From IMG/VR virus record IMGVR_UViG_3300017788_000027, positions 1 to 59,104 of that record: a stretch of DNA of 59,104 bases. The stretch is one strand, 5' to 3'. The number at the start of each line of letters is the position of its first letter. The first letter of the stretch is position 1. Origin of the DNA: a virus. Lineage: Duplodnaviria; Caudoviricetes. Shown in pieces: positions 41,049-50,242 of the stretch. Under the pieces are notes generated by a model that saw only the letters and a list, made by a program, of their open reading frames with translations, was not told the origin of the DNA and searched no databases. The translations under genes were made by a program, and so were the position numbers.

Positions 41049-42378
41049 ACCTATTATTTGTGCATATGCATTAGGCGCCATTAATTATAAAAATGGCTTT
41101 GTAACCAGTTGCCCTCAACAATCAGACCAGTTGCACGTATATAAAGACACAAAAGTTTTAAAACCTTCTGAAATCATAAATTCTGAAAATTTTAAGAAAC
41201 ATAGAAAAGAATTAATGAGTGGAACATGGAGTAAGGGTTGTCATTTGTGTAAAGAAGCAGAGGAAATTGGGTCGCCATCTATGCGACAGGATTATCTGGT
41301 CACCGATCAAGATTTAGAATTGTATAATAATGAATCGGGAGAAACTAATTTTAAATTAATCAAACACGTCGAATTGCGATTTAGTAATAGTTGTAATATG
41401 GCATGTTTACATTGTAGTGATGTTTATTCAAGCGGATGGGTCAGCAAACTAAAAAATTATGTTCCTGATGAAGAAGATAAAAAACATAAACTTTTACAGT
41501 TAACTAAGACTTTTCATAAATTGACACCTGATGAAGATCTTACTATTAGTATATCTATCAATGAGATGGAAATTATTATTGACGACTTAATTGAAAATTT
41601 CCCTAATTTAAAAAAAGTAGACTTTGCTGGAGGCGAGGTGTTATATCAAAAGCAGTTTTTCCCCTGCCTCAGAAAATTATCCAAGCATCCAAATGTAAAA
41701 AACATGAAGGTGTCTTTTCATACAAATTTTAATGCTAAATTTAAACCAGAAGAACTTTCTGAGGTATTACAGCCTTTTGGAAAAGTGTCAATACAAATGT
41801 CGTTAGATGCTGGAAAAAACATTTATCCATATTTTAGAACTGGTGATTGGGAAGTATTAAAGTCAAATGTTGAGCGTTTTAGAAAAGTTGATAATAAATG
41901 TGAATTGAATATAAAATGCACAACCAGCGTTTATCAGATCATGGACATTGAAGATGTGTTTAAATCTTTTATGGAATTAGATGTCAATTTTATAGACAGT
42001 GCAATAGTTTACACTCCGAGATATATTAATCCGGCGTTAATGGTTATGCACTTTAAGGATGAGGTATATCAAGATATTCAAAAAACATATAAGATGTTAA
42101 GTGATGAATTAAAATATAGATTAGAAAATTTAAGTTCTTATGAACATAGGAAGTCCTGGGTGCCTAATAGGAAAGAGTTTACAGATATTAGAACTGCGTT
42201 TAAAGCATTAGAAGAAATTGAACATTATGTTTTTAATCATCAATGTAAAAAAGAAGAATGGGACGCTCTTTTAGTTTATATTAGAAAAACCGACTCCATA
42301 TGGAAAAGAAATTTCAATGATTTTATAAAGAAGTATGAATTTAAAGATAATCAACTAGTGAGGTCAATAAATGTTTGA
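41041..42378 (+). CDS. Radical SAM enzyme with N-terminal twitch domain
   Basis: ICAY...SC...CHLC, then CNMACLHC and FAGGE. Confidence 0.88.
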   Translation: MTKPIICAYALGAINYKNGFVTSCPQQSDQLHVYKDTKVLKPSEIINSENFKKHRKELMSGTWSKGCHLCKEAEEIGSPSMRQDYLVTDQDLELYNNESGETNFKLIKHVELRFSNSCNMACLHCSDVYSSGWVSKLKNYVPDEEDKKHKLLQLTKTFHKLTPDEDLTISISINEMEIIIDDLIENFPNLKKVDFAGGEVLYQKQFFPCLRKLSKHPNVKNMKVSFHTNFNAKFKPEELSEVLQPFGKVSIQMSLDAGKNIYPYFRTGDWEVLKSNVERFRKVDNKCELNIKCTTSVYQIMDIEDVFKSFMELDVNFIDSAIVYTPRYINPALMVMHFKDEVYQDIQKTYKMLSDELKYRLENLSSYEHRKSWVPNRKEFTDIRTAFKALEEIEHYVFNHQCKKEEWDALLVYIRKTDSIWKRNFNDFIKKYEFKDNQLVRSINV

Positions 42379-43234
42379 AGACTCGAATAACTTGTATAAG
42401 GATCTGAACGAAGAAAATCAAATTATCGCTAAAGACTACGATATGAAATTATATCGATTTAGCGGGTTGGATATCCCCTGGAGTCCAAAATGGAAAAAAA
42501 TTGCAATTAATCTATCTGGTGGTGCTGATAGTTGCTGTTTGACAGTACTGCTTTGTAAAATAATTGAAAAATATCAATATGATTGTAAAATTGATATTAT
42601 TACACATGTTAGGTGTTGGACGACTCGTCCTTGGCAACAGCCTATAAGTTTAATAGTGTTTAATAAACTTAAAGAAATGTATCCAAATATTATTGATACT
42701 CGCCATGAAAACTTTATCGCACCAGAACTAGAACATGGAGTAACGGGGTACATTTATACTGATCCTAAATTTAATAAAGAACATAGCGGCGATCAGTTGC
42801 AAGTATCTAGTTTTAATGCTTATTGCGGGTTTAAAAATAAGTTCGATGCTATCTTTAATGCCACTAGTTTGAATCCTCCAGGTACCGACTTTCCAAAGAA
42901 AATGATGGATAGAGAAAAAATAGCTAAAGATGGAATAACTAGTGATTTGATCTTATTTGTTGAAGGAAGTTTTTTGTGCCACCCATTTAGGTTTGTTGAC
43001 AAGTCCTGGATCATAGCGCAATATTACAAGTATAAGATCACTGATTTGTTAAAGTTAACAAGAAGCTGCGAAGGTGATGTAACACACCCTGTAATTAAAG
43101 ATATAGTTTCTAGTTATAAAGATTATATTTCTGGTATGGACGTGCCAGAGTGCGGTAGTTGTTTTTGGTGTTTAGAAAGAAATTGGGCATTTTCTAAACT
43201 TACTGAAACTTTAGAAAAAATAAAGAATGTCTAA
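42371..43234 (+). CDS. QueC-like PP-loop ATP pyrophosphatase
   Basis: LSGGADS PP-loop; TRSCE...CGSCFWCLER zinc site. Confidence 0.8.
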   Translation: MFEDSNNLYKDLNEENQIIAKDYDMKLYRFSGLDIPWSPKWKKIAINLSGGADSCCLTVLLCKIIEKYQYDCKIDIITHVRCWTTRPWQQPISLIVFNKLKEMYPNIIDTRHENFIAPELEHGVTGYIYTDPKFNKEHSGDQLQVSSFNAYCGFKNKFDAIFNATSLNPPGTDFPKKMMDREKIAKDGITSDLILFVEGSFLCHPFRFVDKSWIIAQYYKYKITDLLKLTRSCEGDVTHPVIKDIVSSYKDYISGMDVPECGSCFWCLERNWAFSKLTETLEKIKNV

Positions 43235-44531
43235 TACTTTTTGTCCTATACCTTGGAACTTTCAAGCCATACGTGCCAATGGTGATATACGTGTGTGTTG
43301 TCAGGCCAATGTGACTAAAAATCAAGGCGTTATTCGTAAAGATAACGGAACTGCTTTTAACGCAGGTAGAGATGTATTAGTTGATGCTCGTAACAACGAC
43401 ATGATGAAAGCAATGCGACTAAACATGTTAAATGGTGTATGGAGTGAAGAATGTGGTCGCTGTCGTAATGAGGAATCTGCAGGATTAGTTAGTAGACGTA
43501 CATATGAAAATGAACAGTGGAAATTAAGTATCGATGAGGCTTGGGCAAAAACTAAAGATGATGGCAGTATAGATTCAACTGATTTTCCTGTAGTTTATTA
43601 TGACTTACGTTTTGGTAATTTTTGCAATTTAAAGTGCAGAATGTGTGGACCCACTGATAGCAACGCATGGTATGATGATTGGATAAAATTAACCGGCAGC
43701 AATAAGTTTAAAGATACCAGCGGCATTATGGAAATTGTAGACGGCAATGTTCCAGCGTTCAATTGGCCGGAGTATGAACCATTCTGGGAACAACTAGAAT
43801 CAAATATTCACAATATACAACATGTATACTTTGCTGGCGGTGAACCTATGCTTATCGAACGGCACTATGATTTTTTAGAGCGATGTGTTGAAAAAGATGC
43901 AGCTAAAAACATCATTGTAGAATACAATACGAATATGAGTACATTGCCCACTAGGGTCACTGATCTATGGACACATTTTAAACAGGTTCGTATAGGAGCA
44001 AGCGTTGATGGAATGGGAATGATGCAAGAATATCAACGCAGTCCAGCAAAGTGGGTTAAGACCCTAAACAATTTACGAAAAATAGATCAGTTGCCAGATA
44101 ACATATTTGGGTGGCTGGCATTTACTGTTACAGCATACAACGTTAATCATATGATCGATTTTATGATGTGGAAATTAAAAGAATCTAATTTTAAAAAAAT
44201 TAATTTCACATTTAAACGACCAATTATTACACATCATGTAGCACATCATCCTAAACATTTAAATGTTAGAGTCTTACCGGATCAATATAAAAAAGAAGTT
44301 ACAGAAAGACTTCAGCAATTTGTACAATGGGTCAAAGATAACGGTTATGCCGGCCATGTAATTAAACAGGCAACTGACATAGCTAATGGGGTATCAAGTT
44401 ACATGAATGCTGAAAGTTATTTTGACACGCATTGGAATGAATTTGTCAAATATACTAACGATCTTGATAAAATAAGAGATGAAAAATTAACTGATGTTGA
44501 GCCCAAATTTAAGGAATATTTAAATGGCTAG
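43227..44531 (+). CDS. Radical SAM enzyme with N-terminal twitch domain
   Basis: FCPIPW...RVCC...CGRC, then CNLKCRMC and FAGGEP. Confidence 0.9.
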   Translation: MSNTFCPIPWNFQAIRANGDIRVCCQANVTKNQGVIRKDNGTAFNAGRDVLVDARNNDMMKAMRLNMLNGVWSEECGRCRNEESAGLVSRRTYENEQWKLSIDEAWAKTKDDGSIDSTDFPVVYYDLRFGNFCNLKCRMCGPTDSNAWYDDWIKLTGSNKFKDTSGIMEIVDGNVPAFNWPEYEPFWEQLESNIHNIQHVYFAGGEPMLIERHYDFLERCVEKDAAKNIIVEYNTNMSTLPTRVTDLWTHFKQVRIGASVDGMGMMQEYQRSPAKWVKTLNNLRKIDQLPDNIFGWLAFTVTAYNVNHMIDFMMWKLKESNFKKINFTFKRPIITHHVAHHPKHLNVRVLPDQYKKEVTERLQQFVQWVKDNGYAGHVIKQATDIANGVSSYMNAESYFDTHWNEFVKYTNDLDKIRDEKLTDVEPKFKEYLNG

Positions 44532-45234
44532 TTTTGATACAGTTGATTTATTAGACGGAAATGTATTTCAAGTTACATGGGATCTTGGAAGAAGGTGTAA
44601 TTATGATTGTAGTTATTGCCCTGCTCATAGACATGATAATTTTAGTCCACATGCAATGTTAGAAGATTTGATTAAAAACAGTGATTTTGTTTTGAAATAT
44701 ATCGATCTTTATATGACTTATAGAAATTATAAAAGAGCAAGTATTAGCTTTACAGGCGGGGAACCAACAGTAAATCCTAGTTTTATCCCTTTTATAAAAT
44801 ATTTAAAAGATACGTACAACGAAAAATATAAAAAAAGATATGATTGTAGTTTTGCACTAACAAGTAACGGCGCTATGAGTGAAAAAATGGCGACTCAAGT
44901 TATGGAAAATTTAGATCATATCACTATCAGTTATCATGCTGAAGCTGATGATAGGCTTAAAAATCAAGTCAAGGATCGAATGGTCCAGTTCCATTTGTAT
45001 GGAGCACAGAACAACTGTACTATGAGTATCAATGTAATGTTTCACGCTGCGTATTTTGGAGAATGTATTAAAGTTTGTGAATTTTTAGATGAACGTGATA
45101 TTAAATATGTTCCTCGGATCATCGGTGAAGAACCAGATAGTAAAAGCAATTTTGCCCATATGTACACCAAGGAGCAAACACAATGGTTCAAAGACTATTG
45201 GGATAAAAATACTAAAAAGGTTCAACAATCATGA
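44524..45234 (+). CDS. Radical SAM core domain (N-terminal half of a split enzyme)
   Basis: VTWDLGRRCNYDCSYC, FTGGEPT, TSNG and ISYHAE; no C-terminal Cys domain. Confidence 0.85.
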   Translation: MASFDTVDLLDGNVFQVTWDLGRRCNYDCSYCPAHRHDNFSPHAMLEDLIKNSDFVLKYIDLYMTYRNYKRASISFTGGEPTVNPSFIPFIKYLKDTYNEKYKKRYDCSFALTSNGAMSEKMATQVMENLDHITISYHAEADDRLKNQVKDRMVQFHLYGAQNNCTMSINVMFHAAYFGECIKVCEFLDERDIKYVPRIIGEEPDSKSNFAHMYTKEQTQWFKDYWDKNTKKVQQS

Positions 45235-45692
45235 GCGAAGAAAAAGAATTGGCATTAAAAATAGGTAGACCTTGCTGCGGTAGTAGGACCATGTGTCTCT
45301 ATAAAGAAGGCGAATCTAGAAAGAGTAAGTTTGTTGATTATCGTGAATTTAAAGGTTGGTACTGTAGTGTAAATTGGTTTTTCATGCATATAGAGCAACA
45401 GACTGACAGTGTGTTTCACCATCAAACGTGTCAAGCACAGTTTGGTCAAACTCGTGGGCCTATAGGCAAGTTAAGTGAGGGCGACAAAATTCTCGCAGAA
45501 CTTGAGGAGCATTTAAAGAATGGTACTATGCCTACGATTATTTGCCCTAAGCACACTTGTGGCTGTGGGTTATGTTCCCCTAAATCGACCACTAAAGAAA
45601 ACTATCAAAAAGTATTGTTTAATCACGTTGATAAAAGCGTATTTAAAAATTCTATGAACGAACAAGGTGATTTAGATAAATGCAAAAAATAA
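45231..45692 (+). CDS. Stand-alone Cys-rich SPASM/twitch-like domain (C-terminal half of the split enzyme)
   Basis: PCCG, FKGWYCS, HQTC and ICPKHTCGCGLC; aligns by eye with the C-terminus of 47882..49048 (FKNWECS). Confidence 0.7.
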   Translation: MSEEKELALKIGRPCCGSRTMCLYKEGESRKSKFVDYREFKGWYCSVNWFFMHIEQQTDSVFHHQTCQAQFGQTRGPIGKLSEGDKILAELEEHLKNGTMPTIICPKHTCGCGLCSPKSTTKENYQKVLFNHVDKSVFKNSMNEQGDLDKCKK

Positions 45693-46774
45693 TCTATTAT
45701 ACTGACGATCCAAAAACCTTATCATGGAATGGGGGATTTATATCTTCTCGACCTTGTTTTTTTCCTACGTTAATGTTTGAAGAAAATAATGTATTTTTTG
45801 AAAATTTTAAAAGTTCAAATTCATATAAAGATGATGATATATTTTATCTGCTGTGGAATGATGGCGGATGTTTAAATGATACACAATTAAAATTTTTAAA
45901 AAATCATAGATGTATAATTGGTGGCAAAGAAGCATACTGCGATCAATGGAAAGAATATTACATTAATTTAAATAATCCAAATTTACTTTTTTTATTTTCT
46001 AGTCAAGGCATTAATACAAAAAATAAGATTTTTTTAGAAAAATATTGGTGGATTTTGACTTATTTTAACTTGGTAGATGCAGATTATAATTTATTGAATG
46101 GAATAACATCAACGAAGACACTTGATAAAAAATTTCTTTTGCCGATTAGAACAACCGAGGGACCTAGAACTTGGAGATTAGAATTTTATGGTTCGTTAGT
46201 GGATCACTTAGATGACAGTCTGTTTAGCAGACATGATCTTGAATTAATGTTAGATCATTCATTGTTTAGACAGAGTGGTTCCGAAGTATCATTAGGTTCT
46301 GATCACCGAGAAAATTTGTTTTCCGATATGGAGTCTAATTGGAATATAATGCAGGCAAATCCAGAATGGTATTCAAAAACACATTTTTCAATAGTTCTCG
46401 AAACTTACATTAAAAATGAATACCCTATCTTTATCACTGAAAAAACATTTAAACCAATTGCTAATGAGCATCCATTTATGATAGCATCAGTGCCACGCAC
46501 TTTAGATACTTTAAGATCATGGGGTTTTGAAACGTTTAATAACTTATTTGATGAGTCTTATGATGATTTGATTTACGAAAGCACTGATATTAGAAAAAAA
46601 GTTCAAATCATAAAGAAAAATGTTGATAATTATGACTACTCTAAATATTATGATTCAACGACCTTGAAAAAAATAAAGCATAATCGAGAATTATTTTTTA
46701 ATCTTGATGAAATTAAAAAACACTATACCAACGATTTTTTATTTCCTATACTTGATTGGATTAATCCTAAATGA
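45680..46774 (+). CDS. Putative glycosyltransferase (GT10-like C-terminal motif)
   Basis: FSIVLET...FITEKTFKPI...PF resembles the nucleotide-sugar-binding E...TEK motif of GT10 enzymes. Confidence 0.45.
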   Translation: MQKIIYYTDDPKTLSWNGGFISSRPCFFPTLMFEENNVFFENFKSSNSYKDDDIFYLLWNDGGCLNDTQLKFLKNHRCIIGGKEAYCDQWKEYYINLNNPNLLFLFSSQGINTKNKIFLEKYWWILTYFNLVDADYNLLNGITSTKTLDKKFLLPIRTTEGPRTWRLEFYGSLVDHLDDSLFSRHDLELMLDHSLFRQSGSEVSLGSDHRENLFSDMESNWNIMQANPEWYSKTHFSIVLETYIKNEYPIFITEKTFKPIANEHPFMIASVPRTLDTLRSWGFETFNNLFDESYDDLIYESTDIRKKVQIIKKNVDNYDYSKYYDSTTLKKIKHNRELFFNLDEIKKHYTNDFLFPILDWINPK

Positions 46775-47889
46775 AAAATACTTACTGCCCTTTGCCTTTT
46801 TATCATTTAGCGATACGCCCAAATGGTAGGGTTTATCCATGTTGTAATTTTAAATGGGAAGAGGTTCCTGAAGATTTTAACATTAATGATCCTAACGTTT
46901 TTAATCATCCATTTTTAGAATCTATCAGAGAAAAAATGCACAACGGTGAAAAGATTGATGGATGTTCTAAATGTTATGAGGATGAAAAAAATACAGAGCA
47001 AAGTACTCGAACATACTTTTTAAATAGAATAGACGAATTTGAATGGTCAAGCAAGCCTACAAAAGATGTTAAACTAACTTATTTAGATCTTGCTCTTAGT
47101 AACACCTGCAATAATAAATGTAGAATGTGTAATGCAGATTTAAGTACGAGTTGGTATAGTGACTGGCGTGCCCTAGGTAGAGAAATACCTAAAGGGATTC
47201 TTAGACAGGAAACAGTGTTAAAGGATTATGATTTTAGTGAGATGAAATTTATTAAACTTATTGGTGGCGAACCTTTAATGGAACAGGATAAATTTATTGA
47301 TGTGCTAAAAAGATGTAATAGAAGTCAACTATCAATTCTTTTAACTACAAATGTTACACTAACACCAAATGATGAACTATTAAGATTGCTTAAAGAATGT
47401 AAAAATGTTACAATTAATCTAAGTATTGACGCCCACGGATCTTTAAATGATTTTTTAAGAAAAGGCAGCAAATGGGAAAAAACTGTTGAAAACATCGAGT
47501 GGTTTTCTAAGAATTTTTCAAAAAAGAATGATCTAGCACTACACGGGGTTATAAGTCTTTATAACGTTAATAAAATCGATGAACTATATTTTTTCTTAAA
47601 AGAAAATTATCCGTTAATAGATCTCAGTTATGTGTTAGTTGATAGTCCGGATTGGATGAGTATAAAGCATTTACCTGAATATGTAAAAGATGAAATTAAA
47701 AAGAAAATAGAACAATGGAAAAAAATTTACGATACTCCTTTTTACAATGTCTTACTTTCTGAGTTAAACAAATTAGGTGATTTTGAAAAATTTATAAAAA
47801 ATGATAAAAAACTTAGTGAGATTAGAAAAGAAAATTGGTGGGACTACAACCCTGAACTTTACGAAATGGTGAAAAAATATTATGAGTGA
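46771..47889 (+). CDS. Radical SAM enzyme with N-terminal twitch domain
   Basis: YCPLPF...PCC...CSKC, then CNNKCRMC and IGGEP. Confidence 0.9.
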   Translation: MKNTYCPLPFYHLAIRPNGRVYPCCNFKWEEVPEDFNINDPNVFNHPFLESIREKMHNGEKIDGCSKCYEDEKNTEQSTRTYFLNRIDEFEWSSKPTKDVKLTYLDLALSNTCNNKCRMCNADLSTSWYSDWRALGREIPKGILRQETVLKDYDFSEMKFIKLIGGEPLMEQDKFIDVLKRCNRSQLSILLTTNVTLTPNDELLRLLKECKNVTINLSIDAHGSLNDFLRKGSKWEKTVENIEWFSKNFSKKNDLALHGVISLYNVNKIDELYFFLKENYPLIDLSYVLVDSPDWMSIKHLPEYVKDEIKKKIEQWKKIYDTPFYNVLLSELNKLGDFEKFIKNDKKLSEIRKENWWDYNPELYEMVKKYYE

Positions 47890-49048
47890 TCTAGCAACGT
47901 CAGCTTACGACTTTACAAAAATACCATTTGATGATATCGTGCGTGTTGGGCAACGTACTATGCTGTATCGAGATCTTTTTACAGTCAGTTGGCTATTAGG
48001 TAGATTCTGTAACTATAAATGTAGCTATTGTTGGCCTTATGCACGTAGTGATAAAAAAGATCATAGACCTACAGAGTTATGTTTAAAGACTGTTGATGAA
48101 ATAAAAAGACAGGCTAGAGAAAGAGGGTTCAATAGTTTTCATTTTAGTCTTAGCGGCGGCGAGCCAACATTTCATCCTGGCTATATTGACATATTAAATC
48201 ACCTTAACAATGATGTAAACAATACAAATTATACCAGTGTTCATATGACAACAAATATGAGTAGAAATATGAAATGGTTTAAAGAAGAATATTGTCCCGC
48301 AGTAAGTAAATTTCACAGAGCTAGTATTACTGCCAGTTTGCATACAGAGTATATTAACACTTCTGAGAAAAAAGCAGAGTTTGCTGATAAGTTAGATTTG
48401 TGTCAACAACACGATGTACAAGTCACTATTAATATGGTAATGGTTCCTGAATGGTTTGAACGTGATTATGAAAACGCATTGTATTTTCATAATAGAGGAA
48501 TCAATGTTACATTAAAGCCTCAGAGTGATCCTACAGCCAGTTTTGTTGTAGAGGGCTATACACCAGAAATGTTAAAGACTCTGCGCAACGGAATGCCTCA
48601 ACGAGCATTTACAGAAACAAAAGCCGCACTTGCCAAACTAATAGAAAGACCTAAGCCTAATTTTAATAAATCACCAGATCCAATATACTTAGAAGAACAC
48701 AGTGCTATACCACAACATTTTCAAGTTGAATTTGTTGATAAGGACAAAAAAGTTTGGTACATGGATCAAGCTGAAAGATTTAATGCTTTTAATTTTAATA
48801 AATTTAAAAATTGGGAATGTTCAAGCGGATATCGTAGCATCATTATCAGAGAACCTGATGGAAATATAAAACGTAGCTATAGTTGTCACGACGAACCGTT
48901 AGGTAATATAGAAACTGGTTTTAAACTATTTGATGGACCTAAACCCTGTATTACAAACAGTTGTGTAAGTAGCGCAGACTCTAAAATACCAAAAAGAGCC
49001 CCGGGAACAAAATTACCTTTATGGCCCGGGGATCAGTCTTTTAATTAA
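47882..49048 (+). CDS. Radical SAM enzyme with C-terminal Cys-containing domain
   Basis: VSWLLGRFCNYKCSYC, LSGGEPT; C-terminal CSSG...SC...PCITNSC. Confidence 0.9.
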   Translation: MSDLATSAYDFTKIPFDDIVRVGQRTMLYRDLFTVSWLLGRFCNYKCSYCWPYARSDKKDHRPTELCLKTVDEIKRQARERGFNSFHFSLSGGEPTFHPGYIDILNHLNNDVNNTNYTSVHMTTNMSRNMKWFKEEYCPAVSKFHRASITASLHTEYINTSEKKAEFADKLDLCQQHDVQVTINMVMVPEWFERDYENALYFHNRGINVTLKPQSDPTASFVVEGYTPEMLKTLRNGMPQRAFTETKAALAKLIERPKPNFNKSPDPIYLEEHSAIPQHFQVEFVDKDKKVWYMDQAERFNAFNFNKFKNWECSSGYRSIIIREPDGNIKRSYSCHDEPLGNIETGFKLFDGPKPCITNSCVSSADSKIPKRAPGTKLPLWPGDQSFN

Positions 49049-49580
49049 TTAAAAAACCTGATATCTGCATAGTATATTTGTCTTGAAATCCTGCGTTAGA
49101 ACTAAGATGCAGAATTTCACTGTCCCAAATAAATCCTTCACCTTTATGCCAATTAGTATCAGTAATAAATGAATCATTTTGTTTGTATTGAATAAAATGA
49201 CCCATTTTATAATCTTCAAGATAGATGTTTGCTCTTACTTTTGTTTCTTTTCTTTCTGGAAATTTTTTGCTAATTTGATAAAAAGTATCTCTATGATAAG
49301 GGACTACACAGCCGGGGGGTTGCTTAATAGTTGATACAGTGATAACCTCTATACCAAGTTGTTTTCCTAATTCTGCATAATCTATATGTGTTGGATCCCA
49401 CCAAAGTTGATGAATCATAGTATTATGCATACTATATGTTTTAGGAAATCCACCAAACTCATCATGAATGTCGTTTAGTTCATGAACTTGATGTGCAATA
49501 CAACTACCACAATGAGTACTGTAGTCTGCATTAACAAATTTTTGAAAATCGTAATTTAATTTGATTTTTTTTAATATCAT
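49041..49580 (-). CDS. Cupin-fold Fe(II)/2-oxoglutarate-type oxygenase-like protein
   Basis: QPPGCVVPYHRD (HxD), distal His in LHLSSNAG, and W..G..F.W. Start moved to 49580 (ATGA overlap with the thyX stop). Confidence 0.65.
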   Translation of the reverse strand: MILKKIKLNYDFQKFVNADYSTHCGSCIAHQVHELNDIHDEFGGFPKTYSMHNTMIHQLWWDPTHIDYAELGKQLGIEVITVSTIKQPPGCVVPYHRDTFYQISKKFPERKETKVRANIYLEDYKMGHFIQYKQNDSFITDTNWHKGEGFIWDSEILHLSSNAGFQDKYTMQISGFLIN

Positions 49581-50242
49581 GCTGTGTGCTGACCTATCAT
49601 AGGAAATACTGCTGCGATGACACAGGCACACTCTTTAGCAATAATTTGATGTTCTAACTGAGTACCGTTAGCACTACGTAATTGAATAAAATGTACCCAG
49701 CTACGTAGTGTGCCATTCATATATAGACGACTTATTGTATTTCCTTCTGGCAAAACTGAACGAGCTTGTTCCTTAGCAATTCCGTTTTCTATAGCCCATT
49801 GATAGGCCATACGTGCTTCATTAATAACGTTTTGTTGGTATTTGTTCCATTTCTTTTGTAATTCTTCGTCGTCTGTAACTATACTATTTTGACGATTTTT
49901 AGGATCCTGTAGTCTCGCTTCACGCAATACAAAATCAAGATCTTTTGTGGGGTCGGCATATCGCTGACTGAATTCCTGGAAGGAGAAACTTCTGTGACGG
50001 AGAATCTGTCTAGCGATATCCCGAGTAGTTTCGATTTCCAAACAGGCACTGACCATTTCAAGAGGACTCCAGTGTTGGTGTTTGATTAAGTAATTGATTA
50101 ATTTTTCACTAGTTTCAGTATTATACTGATTTGATGGATTACTGACTCTTGCGCAGTATGCAATTAGTTCTTGCGCATTATCGATACCTTTGTTTTCAAA
50201 TTCTGATGTTGCTTGACTGTATGATACTAGTTTAACCTTCAC
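49577..50242 (-). CDS. thyX: FAD-dependent thymidylate synthase ThyX
   Basis: HWSPLE and RQILRHRSFSFQEFSQRY signature; KEQARSVLP. Confidence 0.97.
   Translation of the reverse strand: MKVKLVSYSQATSEFENKGIDNAQELIAYCARVSNPSNQYNTETSEKLINYLIKHQHWSPLEMVSACLEIETTRDIARQILRHRSFSFQEFSQRYADPTKDLDFVLREARLQDPKNRQNSIVTDDEELQKKWNKYQQNVINEARMAYQWAIENGIAKEQARSVLPEGNTISRLYMNGTLRSWVHFIQLRSANGTQLEHQIIAKECACVIAAVFPMIGQHTA

Noticed and set aside
48999-49042. CCCCGGG/CCCGGGG inverted repeat as the operon terminator
   Set aside because: Lies inside the CDS with a 19-nt loop and is explained by two Pro-Gly codon pairs.
44524-49048. Viperin assignment for the CNYxCSYC enzymes
   Set aside because: Resemblance is limited to generic radical SAM motifs, and these proteins have Cys-rich C-terminal domains; not supportable without an HMM search.
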